A DNA stretch of 64,000 nucleotides from Diadema antillarum (lineage: Eukaryota), in the NCBI RefSeq assembly GCF_040938485.1, contig NW_027270949.1:3534001-3598000 (forward strand), given 5' to 3'. Positions 1 through 10,400 of the stretch are shown here, one piece after another (the stretch's first letter is position 1; the number at the start of each line of letters is the position of its first letter). The notes below the pieces were generated by a model. It ran no database searches. It was not told the origin of the DNA and worked only from the letters and a program-made list of their open reading frames with translations. The position numbers were made by a program, and so were the translations under genes.

Positions 1-836
1 TATATCAATATGCATATGTTCAAAAAGAGACTTATAGACACCAATATCAACAGCATGTATACATCATACATTACACTATTCTTTTTCTTTTTTTTGTTAT
101 CCTTGTTCTGAAAAGAAACAAATTCATAATCATCTCCCAAGGCTTTTAACAACCAACTTTTGCTTTGTTGGTATTCCTAATAAAGGCCTTATAGCTTACT
201 TAATACATCATCTTCAAATGCATAAGCTTTAAGTCTTCTAAAACTAAAATAGAACCATCAAACATGTATACACAAAATCTTCATTGCCTCTAATAATGAT
301 ACCTTTTAGCAATGATATCTCTACTATCACATATTCCTGCTCAGATATCCTGATATGTTTGTTTGTACCTTTGCTTTCATTTCCCTATACTTCCATGTTG
401 CACAAATCTTACAAAATAATATTATTGCTATCTACCTGTTTATCTGAATGAAAATCTGCTGAAATATAATCTTGCTACCTGGTTAACACCTGCTACCTCT
501 TAGTACGCCTAGTGTTCTAATACCTCATGTATACTTGAATACGTACACTGTGAGATTTAACTAAGCCTTAAGCATTATTCCCTACTCTTAATCCCTTTAC
601 ATCTACATTGTAATCGCGATTCGCTGATCCTGTAAGAGAAATAAGAGAGAGAGAAAAGCTTTTGTAGCATTTACACTTACATGCGCATTATTTTATTCAT
701 AACAACTCAACAAATATATGTTTCATCATTATGTTTTTCTCTTTCTTTGAGCCTTACCTCCTCAACATGTAATGGAAAAGCAAGGACCATTACAACCAAC
801 AACAATATAAACAGTTACAGCAATCTACTCATGAGG

Positions 837-3062
837 TCAGCCGTTCGGCTTTTTGACTATCACGATGGATGGAGAGTTAGAAGGCTCGATTACTCCTAAC
901 TTCAACATGGAATCAACTTCCTTGCTCATTTCCTCTTCCATAGCCTGAGGTACCCTATGAGGCGGAGATCGCACTGGTCGTTCAGTCGTCAACGAGATTC
1001 CACATTGGACTGGATCTACTGTTACCCTGTCAACAAACTCCATCTGTACTACGCTAAGCATACCGGGCATCTCCCTATTCCAACCAGAACCAGCCTCTGC
1101 CACATCTTCCTCGTCAGCCATGACCTCAACAACTTCCTCATCGCCTTCGACCCCCTCAATCTCAAAGCAACTGGCCACTGGTACCTCTTCACCTCGACTA
1201 TAGTACCTCTTCAACAAATTGATGTGGTATGTTTTGGCAACATCATCAACGTCGGCCACACAGTCATAGTCGAACTCGTACTTGAAATTATCAACATGTC
1301 CTCTTTTCCGCCGTAGAGGGCGCAACGACTCATCATCTTTCTGTTCCTTTAGAAATTCACTCGACCGCACATTATCAACAGGATCTGCAACAGTAAAACC
1401 TTTACTAGGCCTCGAATCCTTCACCTTTTGTGCACGAGTTTGAACAGCCATCCCAGTATCATCCACTTCACCCGGGACTGCGACCTCGACGTCCTGTTGT
1501 ACACCATCCTTTGAACTTTCTAGACCCATATCCGGGGTAATGACCTCTACATCCGGGTCAGACACAACACTCTTTGGGACCCAATGTAGATTGGGGTCAC
1601 TCGGTTCACGAGCCCCTTCTACATTCCCGATAACTACCTCACTCAAACAATCAGGCATGCACACGGTTTCAACTTCCCCTTCAAAATATGGCGAGTCAAC
1701 AGCTACCTTAGCCACGGGAAAACGCCTAACCGTACCGTCAATTAACCTCACTGCCTGATGTTGACCTGTTAATTGGTCATTTCTAACCAATCTCTCTTTC
1801 ACCACGCACGTACTACAACCTGTATCACGCAAAACCGACACGGGTGTATTATCTGGCATCAATCTTCCAGACACAACCGGCATACGATTCGCCTTCGCAG
1901 CGACATCATTGTATGTCATTCCACCTTTTTCAACCACTTCATTCTTTACACACTCAAAGTCGTTGGCCACTCTCTCAAGGAGGAAACAACCTGCCGTCGA
2001 ACCAACAACTCCCGGCTCGGGCTCACCCAGCGACACCTCATTCGCCACATTCATGTCTACCTTTGGGGCCGTACCTTCCCCAGCACCCATCAAACCTTGA
2101 GCTGATACAGGCCTAGACAACATGGGACAATCTCTTTTCATGTGATTTGGGTTTCCACACATATAGCAACCCCTGCCCTCAAAAGTCCTATTTCCCATAG
2201 CCTTTCCCGCCTTTGACTGAGCATCAGCCGGTTCCTGATACGTACTACTCTTCTTGACCTGATTTTGTTGGGGCGGTTTGCTATCCGGCTTTGAATCTGA
2301 TCGGTTTCTTTCCGATCTCTGTACACCCGAAAATGCCTGAGGACCGTGAGCTTCTACATAGATTTCAGCACAATCGACTACCTCCTTGAAATCTTTACAT
2401 TTTCGTTCCTTGACAAACCTAACTACTTCTCTGGGACAATCTATCAGAAATTGCTCTTGCAAAATCAAATCTTCTAGATCCTTTCTAGTATCCCCGATCT
2501 CAGCCTCTTCCACCCAATGATCGAAATACCCCTTCATTCGAGTAGCAAACTGTTTTGGGCGCTCGAACTTCATTGGCTTGGCTGATCTGAAACTCCGCCT
2601 ATACCCCTCTTCAGTGAGATGATAATACGACATCAACTCGTGCTTCACTGTAGCATAATTCTGGCGATCATCAGCACTCATCCGATTCACAACATCTAAC
2701 GCTTTGCCTGTTAGATTGGAAATCAAATACAACACCCACATGTCTACCGGGATATTCTGACTTTTCATCAACATTTCGAACTTTGTGACATAAGCATCAA
2801 ACTTATCATGTGCGTCATCAAATCGACCTACTTTCAGCTTTAAGCCAGCTAACTGGGGCCTACCAACATTCGCTGTTTCTTCCTTTACACGCAACTGCGC
2901 TAATTTTAGTTCATGTTCGCGCGCCTTTTCTAGAGCTTCGCGTTCACGATCAGCTTCAATTGCCTGGCATCGCTCTGAAACAAAGCTACTCAATTCACCA
3001 CCACTAAGGCCCATTTCTCTGCCTAACGAAGAGAACTCTCTGATTTGCTCAACACTAGCCAT
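837..3062 (-). CDS. gag: Gag-protease polyprotein fused in frame to integrase and RT remnants (741 aa)
   Basis: SCAN-like LILQEQFL segment; CCHC knuckle CYMCGNPNHMKRDC; aspartic protease LRDTGCS; integrase-start-like EQKDDESL; integrase C-terminal KTYHINLLKRY; RT start PVRSPPHRVP...EVDSMLKLGVIEPSNSP...VKKPNG followed by a stop. Confidence 0.85.
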   Translation of the reverse strand: MASVEQIREFSSLGREMGLSGGELSSFVSERCQAIEADREREALEKAREHELKLAQLRVKEETANVGRPQLAGLKLKVGRFDDAHDKFDAYVTKFEMLMKSQNIPVDMWVLYLISNLTGKALDVVNRMSADDRQNYATVKHELMSYYHLTEEGYRRSFRSAKPMKFERPKQFATRMKGYFDHWVEEAEIGDTRKDLEDLILQEQFLIDCPREVVRFVKERKCKDFKEVVDCAEIYVEAHGPQAFSGVQRSERNRSDSKPDSKPPQQNQVKKSSTYQEPADAQSKAGKAMGNRTFEGRGCYMCGNPNHMKRDCPMLSRPVSAQGLMGAGEGTAPKVDMNVANEVSLGEPEPGVVGSTAGCFLLERVANDFECVKNEVVEKGGMTYNDVAAKANRMPVVSGRLMPDNTPVSVLRDTGCSTCVVKERLVRNDQLTGQHQAVRLIDGTVRRFPVAKVAVDSPYFEGEVETVCMPDCLSEVVIGNVEGAREPSDPNLHWVPKSVVSDPDVEVITPDMGLESSKDGVQQDVEVAVPGEVDDTGMAVQTRAQKVKDSRPSKGFTVADPVDNVRSSEFLKEQKDDESLRPLRRKRGHVDNFKYEFDYDCVADVDDVAKTYHINLLKRYYSRGEEVPVASCFEIEGVEGDEEVVEVMADEEDVAEAGSGWNREMPGMLSVVQMEFVDRVTVDPVQCGISLTTERPVRSPPHRVPQAMEEEMSKEVDSMLKLGVIEPSNSPSIVIVKKPNG

Positions 3063-3450
3063 ACTGACTATGTAACTTCCAGACTAAGCATACGTGTAGT
3101 CGCACAAAACAACAGCTGACTAGCACCTAGCTATCAAAGTCCGACAAAAGTACTACCTTGCAGCCAGCATACTTATCAACAATTTGTATCTCCGAACGAG
3201 CGTACAATTGCAAATGACAAACAGCTGAAATTCACTCAACAAGTATTCCACATACCAAACCGCTAGTATCTTGTCAAAAGCGTACTGGAATGCAGGCAAT
3301 GTGAAATGACACGAGTTCACTCAACAGACATTCCACATACCAAGCATGCCTTGTCAATAAGCATACTAGAGCTGTATCTCCCAATGAGCATACAATTGAT
3401 TTGGGACTGTACAAACCCAATGCAATCTACCAAACATGCCTATTACAGGC

Positions 3451-3750
3451 AACACCAAAGCAAGGGCGTAACCTTGCAATAAAATAACACTCCGCACAGA
3501 TTCATTCATGCATGCAAACCCCGAATCTATCACACTGCCTCTAACCGACAATACCAAGGGCGTAACCTTGAAAAAGGAGTAACACTCCACATAGACTCAT
3601 GCACACAAACCCGAATCAATCAAACATGCATATAACATGCAACACCAAGGGCGTAACCTTGAAAACGGAGCAACACTCCACACAGATTCAATACCCGAAT
3701 CCACATCACACATGTGCCTCTAGTAGGCAACACCAAGGGCATAACCTTGG
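3451..3750. repeat. ~90-bp tandem repeat (3 full copies plus 1 partial) in the 5' leader of the Gmr1-like element
   Basis: The core CAAGGGCGTAACCTTG...AACACTCC...CCCGAATC recurs at ~3451, 3551 and 3641, and partly at 3729. Confidence 0.8.
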
Positions 3751-3994
3751 GGAGAAAAACTTCAATCAGACTGTCACATAAGGCGACATACTCGTACGAT
3801 TCACACTGGGGTAATGTTTCCGATCAAACATACGAAACGGTTATCATATCGACAATAATAACATGCAATATATGACGGTAATGCGTACGATCGAGCAATG
3901 AAACTTCAATCATGAATCAAACACAAACATCGCATTTAAACCTAAAGCATGTTAAAACAGTATCTGAATAACGTTTTCTAATCAGGTAGCAGGG

Positions 3995-4011
3995 TCTCGG
4001 TGGGACCTCCA
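3995..4011 (-). promoter_or_regulatory. Primer-binding site complementary to the tRNA-Gln 3' end
   Basis: Minus strand TGGAGGTCCCACCGAGA is the complement of the eukaryotic tRNA-Gln 3' end (TCTCGGTGGGACCTCCA). It lies 3 nt after an LTR-like ...GTGACA end. Confidence 0.9.
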
Positions 4012-4014
4012 AAT

Positions 4015-4678
4015 TGTCACGTGAGTGACTTTTTTTTTTTTTCCTCTGCTACTCTGACACCGAAATAATGGAAATTCAAACTGTTCGTACACAGTTATGC
4101 TCGAGTTTAATATTTCAAATCTTTGTAACTTTCTCGTTCATAACAATACATTGAGCATAAAAGATAATATGAAACAAATCACAAATACATAACTTAGGTT
4201 ATCTTGGATGACCTGAACTGGTGATCCCCTCAGCTTGGCTCAGTCGCCATAAATGCCGGATACACTCGTCGTCGACCTCGGCACAGTCGCTTGGCTTGTC
4301 TCTTGGAAGCATCCCTTGACTTGGCCACTCAGCTAGACGCTACCCTATCGGCGGTCCTCTCAGCTCCTCGGCCTTCACTAGTCCCTGCAACCACGCAGAC
4401 TCATGCCTTGACCTGCGATGCCCGAGCTCAAACGACGGCGAGCAGGCAAATGGAGATTGAGCTCCGTTCCAAAGTTCGGATCATAACTGTCCGAGTTCAG
4501 TTTTATCGGCAGCTGGAGCTCGCATCTCACCGACGTGGAAACCCCCCAGAAGAACGACTGCTGCCTAAGCGGAGATCTATGCTGGATGTCTGATTAAAGT
4601 GTTTCTCCTCGATCCTCTACATTACTGAGCTTTTTATTAGCTTCCCTAACCATAGAGATTAACACTAAAGTCCCTTAC
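4015..4678 (-). repeat. Part of the 5' LTR of the Gmr1-like element; probably continues at 13893 to ~14.07-14.2 kb beyond the nested Gypsy
   Basis: Begins at the TG/CA end next to the PBS and runs into the TTAC TSD of the nested element. The distal end (14074 or 14195) is only a candidate because no second LTR copy is visible. Confidence 0.55.
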
Positions 4679-5379
4679 TGTAATGTATATTTAGGATATT
4701 TTGGGATAACTTCCTGTTCATTAACAACTCAACTTAAATTCCCTTGTTTTTGTAAACTCACCTCAGAATATAACACCAAGATTATTTACTATTAATTTCC
4801 TGTCTTTAATTACCCTTGCTTGATGTTTACATCAAGGAGTCATTCAATCACCCTTGTAACAACTCTTCTTTGTCCCTGGTTTAATTACCCAAAGATTATA
4901 TACACACACCTTGTGAACCACCAGACTCTTTGTCTGCCCCTTATCTTATAATACTTCCTCCTCCACAAAAGAATCCCCCTCTTTTGATTGGTCAAACATC
5001 ACCCCTTAGGACAACCCCTTTGGTCACTCTTTTTAGTTATCCCTTTTTGATTGGTTGTCTTACCAAAAATTCTCACCCATCACCCATTGAACATTTCCAA
5101 GTTTGGTGTTCTTTCCAAGGCCCCAAGAGAGATCATGATTTCGACATCAGAGAGTCAACCTCTACTTGATATTGCTCTCTCTCCTGCATCTTGGTACTTC
5201 TATATTTTACTCTGATGTACATACTCGTCATTTAACTTGTCATTGAACTTCATCATGATATTTCTGAACGATTGGGAATAAACACTTTGCATCGATGAAA
5301 TGTACCACAACTGTACCTGAGCTCCTTCATTTCTGCTTCATAATAATATTCCAAATGTAACACCACCCGTTACATTACA
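4679..5379 (+). repeat. 5' LTR (701 bp)
   Basis: Ends TGTAATGTA...TACATTACA (9-bp inverted termini); AATAAA at 5277-5282; matches the 3' LTR except for one A. Confidence 0.97.
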
Positions 5380-5403
5380 TGGTGGAGAACCTTGTATCGA
5401 TCC
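5380..5403 (+). promoter_or_regulatory. Primer-binding site, tRNA-Ala-like
   Basis: TGGTGGAGAA immediately after the LTR matches the complement of the tRNA-Ala(AGC) 3' end. ATCGATCC further on matches the T-arm complement. Confidence 0.7.
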
Positions 5404-6290
5404 TATATCGGAATACCTCATCATTACAACTCGACATCGCTTTTGGAAGGAGACTTTCACCAGACCATGCAGGCCGAGCATTAATAGGACCGTGGCAGCA
5501 TGCGACCTGAAAATTGTTGAAATGTCACTATAACAGATTTTTCGTCGACTTCGAAACTGCAGTGCTGAATCAGGCGATGGACTTCAACAATTAGACAGAC
5601 AACAAACTTTGTGGTGACATGGCCTTTGCAAAAGAATGACGACGGATTGACGACCGACGACTTGAACCTCCACCTATTAACAATGGTGATGACCGTGACC
5701 TGGATGGCGACATCAAGAAGACTTTGATGACGACGCATCGAGGACTACGACGACCACGACCTGAGGGACGTACGAGGAGGACCCATGACTGGTGTTGACG
5801 CGGATGCAGCTCCAGGGAAAATTCTTCAAAAATGGACGCTTTGCTGAATAATGACTGACACATTTTGACAACGATAGGACTACCAGACAGATTCAGGACC
5901 AGACACTTACAGTGTAAACACTAATAGCATTTTCAAGGATAATTGACTCTTAACTTGGAGGACTGATAGTTTGACTGCTTGTGATTATTTTCTTGTTTTT
6001 GGAATACTATACTATGCAATCATTTTGGGAATTGGAGACTTGGTTGAACCCTTTCACATTGGGTAAGTGGAACTTTGATTGTTATTACTGTCCCAGTGTG
6101 AGAGATATTTGAGAGCATGTTGATTTTGATTAGTGCTTACTGAGTTTGCATTATTTTATTTTGACTGGTTACAGTATTTGTATTTAATCCTCATGTGTTT
6201 CCTTTCATACTCATATTTGTTTGACTGTTATTACTGATCTTTGACTTTGATATTTGATTAGATAGGCTTTGTGTTACTCAATATTACACC

Positions 6291-7421
6291 ATGACCACCA
6301 GTAGGACCCTCCGACAGACCGACTTTTTACCGACTAAATTTTCTGGCAGCCGACTAGATTACAATGACTGTACTGCCCATATTTTGACCTTTGAAGACTA
6401 TTTAGACGCCCATGACATTGACTCGGACAAAGCTGGCAACTTGACGACTATACTTAAGACTTTCAAGCGGACATTAGAGGGACAGGCCAGACTCTGGATA
6501 GACAAATTGACTTTCACTACCTATGACGACCTAAAGACGGCTTTCACTAGGCGATTTAGCCCCGCCAAATCGACTTTTGCTAGGGTTACTGACTTTAACA
6601 CCATGACTATGACTGATGGAGAGAGTGTCGAAACTTTTCTCCAACGACTCAGACAGACTGCCTCCTACATAGACTATGGGGAGAAGCAAATAAAGGACCG
6701 TTTACTTGCTGCACTGACCCCCGACTGTCGTGCCGCCATTCTTATGGCATCGCCGACATCAACGACCACCCCTGACGAGATAGCCGCGAAAGCGCAGCTT
6801 TTCATAGATCTTAGGACTGACACTACCCCGACAAAAGAAGTGACATTCGCAACCCAAGACGATGTCGACCTCCTAAGTGAGGAAATTTCCTCCCTTAGAT
6901 TTAAAACCGAACAGAAAGACTCCCGAGGACGAAGACGAAATCGACATTCCCAACACAATGACTCTGACCGCAGTACCAGCCGCAGCGCTAGTAGGACTCG
7001 ACATAGGGATGACCACAGCAGACATGAACGTAGTCTAAGTAGGGACCGACATCATTCTGACTACAGACGTAGTTTAAGTAGAGACAGACGACATGATAGT
7101 AGAGACAGACATCCTGGACGGCGCTCTCCTTCTCGTGATCGTTATCGGTCACAAAGCCGAGGACGCGACCAACGGTCTCGACCTCGATTCGCTGGCAAGT
7201 GTGACTATTGTCACATTCCTGGCCATTTTTGGAGGGATTGTCGGCATAGGTTGAGAGACATTGAACGCGAGAGACGACCCCAATATTACGGACCACCCCC
7301 ACCCCACAGACAACAATACGATGACTATAACCGACATCATCATCGACATCAACAACAACAACAACATCATCTACAATACACAGGACAGTACTTCGACACA
7401 CATCCCCAGGGTTTTCATTAA
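6291..7421 (+). CDS. gag: Ty3/Gypsy Gag (376 aa)
   Basis: Retrotransposon capsid-like motifs (PTKFSG, LEGQARLW, ESVETFLQRL), Arg/Ser/Asp-rich segment and CCHC knuckle CDYCHIPGHFWRDC. Confidence 0.93.
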   Translation: MTTSRTLRQTDFLPTKFSGSRLDYNDCTAHILTFEDYLDAHDIDSDKAGNLTTILKTFKRTLEGQARLWIDKLTFTTYDDLKTAFTRRFSPAKSTFARVTDFNTMTMTDGESVETFLQRLRQTASYIDYGEKQIKDRLLAALTPDCRAAILMASPTSTTTPDEIAAKAQLFIDLRTDTTPTKEVTFATQDDVDLLSEEISSLRFKTEQKDSRGRRRNRHSQHNDSDRSTSRSASRTRHRDDHSRHERSLSRDRHHSDYRRSLSRDRRHDSRDRHPGRRSPSRDRYRSQSRGRDQRSRPRFAGKCDYCHIPGHFWRDCRHRLRDIERERRPQYYGPPPPHRQQYDDYNRHHHRHQQQQQHHLQYTGQYFDTHPQGFH

Positions 7422-7457
7422 GGGAGGAAAATAGAAGCGCTCTCTATTCCACCTCCC
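7409..7457 (+). promoter_or_regulatory. -1 programmed ribosomal frameshift signal
   Basis: G_GGT_TTT heptamer in gag phase (7409-7415), 6-nt spacer, then hairpin GGGAGG/CCTCCC (7422-27 with 7452-57) and AATAGA/TCTATT (7430-35 with 7443-48). Pol is in the -1 frame. Confidence 0.8.
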
Positions 7458-10400
7458 AAAATGAACACCTCAGGCCTAGGGACGGACAAAAACTCAAATC
7501 GACATACTTAGGGACAGAGGACGTAGACCTGCAACTGACTAGTAATAACTTTGTAAAGGGACGAATTGACAGTGGTAAGCACATTTTCATTCTTTTTGAC
7601 AGTGGTGCTACCAAGACATTGATTTCTGACCGCTATGTTAAATCAACTCCACATCTTTCCAACCTAAAGAGGCAGAGCGTGACTCCTACTCGATTTAAAC
7701 TAGGGAACGGGCAGTTCCTTGAAGCGCGAACCGCGATTAAATTCAGAGTCACAATTCAAGGTTACAAATTCGAAATTTCTGCTTTAGTCGTTGAAAACCT
7801 TGTTGGTGTTGATTTGATATTAGGCAATAACACACTTTCGGACGTAGACGGGACTTTGACTTTCAGGGACCATAGGTTCAAAATCAAACGGCGTAGGATA
7901 CCATTTTCCCCTACATCAAAGGTGAAAATCGAACCATTTGAGTCCAGACTCATGACACTACAGGGACATACACCTGCCCACTTACGTAACTCGGACGTCA
8001 TACTGACTTCAAATGACTACCTCAGTAGGCACTGCCCATCAACAATGGTGGTAAAACTAACAAAAGGTGCGACTCAAATCATTGTGACTAATACTACTGA
8101 CAGACCTCTACATTTCTCTAAGGGTAGGGCGATTGCCTTTCTCGACACTACTAACCCCGTACGTGTGACTGAGCCCCTCCCAGTAGATAACATAACTATG
8201 ACCTTGACTGACAACACACATGCACTTTACTCCACTCAGCTTGACACCGCAGACAGTAACCTTGACAACCAGACTAGACAAGCAAACCTTGACAAATACC
8301 CCCACCTTGATCCCAATGACCCCATTGCTAACATGACTGAAGACCAAATCATTAGAGCCCATATTGACTTAAAGGATAGTGTGCTTTCTCCCTCTGAAAA
8401 GAATGAGTTGATACAGATCCTTAAAGACAACAGACCCGCATTCTCCCTCTATGGTGAGCTATCTAGTTGCCCAAACTTTGAAGTAGACATACACTTGACC
8501 AATGACGAACCATTTTTCATTCGACCATACTTTGCTACTGAACCTGACAAACGACAAATCGAAAAGGAACTGACCAAACTCGTGAAACTTGGTATACTTG
8601 AGGTTGGACATCAGGCATACACCTCGCCTGTGTTACTCATTGCCAAGAAAGACAAGACTGAAAAACGAGTAGTGACCGACTTTCGTTACCTGAACTCTAG
8701 AATTAGACGTATCAACCATCCCTTTCCCCTACTGACTGAAACCCTTAAACGCATCGGACATGCTAAGACTAAAGTAATGAGTGTCATCGACCTCAAATCT
8801 GCCTTTCACTGCATTCCTCTCTCTAAACAAGCACAACAGTATACCGGCATTGCCTCCTATCATGGAGGAAAGCACTATTACTATAAACGACTTGCCCAAG
8901 GACTTAACATTTCACCCGGACTATTCCAAGCAAAAATCGACAACATTCTAGGCACCATTCCCAACTCCCGCAATTTCTGCATTGCTCACCATGATGACAT
9001 AATCTTATTTAGCCCTGACAAGACATCCCACAAACTCCACCTGACCAAAGTATTACAGGCCCTCTCTGACAATGGACTTAAAATCTCTCCTAAGAAATGT
9101 AAACTCTTCACCAATGACGTAGACTACATGGGACATAGGATAACTATTAACTCGGACGGTGAGGCTTGTTTTCGACCACTGAACAATAGATGCGCCTCTA
9201 TACACAACATTACTCGACCCAAGACACCCAGACAAGTTAGACGGTTAATTGGTGCTGTCAATTATGTTGCAGGATTCTTTCCCAACATACAGTCTATTTT
9301 GAAGCCACTACACCAGCTTACCCGAAAGAAAAAGAAATTCAAATGGACTGACGAACATGAACGCGCCTTTAACAAAATCAAAGACCTCATGACCAAACCC
9401 CCTATACTACACATGCCTACGAATACCGGACGATTCACACTTTACAGTGACACATCACGGACTGCGACTGGATCTTACTTGACTCAAATCATCAACGGAC
9501 ATGAAAGAGTTATAGGCTATTACTCTAAAGTTCTCCCTGACGCTTGCCAGAGGTATAGTGTAACAGAACTAGAATTGTTTGGCCTTTTGATAAACATAAC
9601 TGCTTTCAAACACTTGTTGCGTGGTTGTGAATTCAATGCATTTGTTGATCACAGCTCAATTGTTCAGATATTAAAGTCCAAAGATGAACCATCCACCACC
9701 CGCCTTCAGAAACTAATCTTGAAATTATCAGAGTACTCCTTTAAGATTGCATACAAGAAGGGTACCGAACTTGTCCTAGCAGATTTTCTGTCTCGCATAC
9801 CAAGCGACAAACATGCCGAAATAGATCATGTAGTGCCCATTTCATTTAGTTTAGTTGATAATCATGACCTAGATCATCTTAATCCCATACAACCTGCCGA
9901 GCGTCCAGTGACACGCGCCTTTGCTAAAAAGATGGGTATTTCTGTTCCCAATCTTCATCCTGACAGACCCAAAACTAACAACCACAACAATATTGATACT
10001 GACACCGCCCCACCCCCTGAACCAATCATCACACCTGCACCCAATAACAATACCCCACATTCGCATGAACCGGCCAATCAGAGATCAGCATTAGACACAC
10101 CCCCTGACCTGCCCCCAACTACGACACACTTTGCCCCACATGACCATAACAGACCCCACACACAGAAACCAACACCTAACGCTCCGAAGCAAACAGAACC
10201 TAGACTGGTGGACAAACAAAATGAGTCACCGTGTACACAAACATACAGGGATGTGCCCCCAGACTTGTTTACAGCCCCTAAGCCACTGATCTCAAATGTT
10301 GAGCAGATTGTTGCTCCACATATACCCAAACAACATGACATAGACAAAGTACTAGACTTGATAAAGAGAAAAATCATCCGTGACTACAACCTGCCCATTG

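Larger units (their letters stand above)
837..4678 (-). mobile_element. Internally deleted Gmr1-like Ty3/Gypsy LTR retrotransposon (gag-PR-[IN remnant]-[RT start]); 3' end unresolved
   Basis: ORF 837-3062, tRNA-Gln PBS at 3995-4011 and LTR end GTGACA at 4015-4020 (minus strand). Domain order is protease, integrase ends, then RT N-terminus. Confidence 0.85.

Noticed and set aside
1-836. Possible 3' LTR of the Gmr1-like element or LRR exons of gene 1
   Set aside because: No match to 4015-4678 or 13893-14195, and no phase-2 72-bp open exon with good splice sites was found.
957-2326. Plus-strand ORFs overlapping the Gmr1-like gag
   Set aside because: Antisense shadows of a real coding frame with no recognisable motifs.
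4930-5169. LTR-internal ORF (also 13440-13724)
   Set aside because: Near-cognate start and low complexity; the two copies differ in frame at the single LTR indel.
5481-5863. Antisense ORFs in the Gypsy leader
   Set aside because: Short Arg/Ser-rich translations of a GAC-rich tract with no domain evidence.
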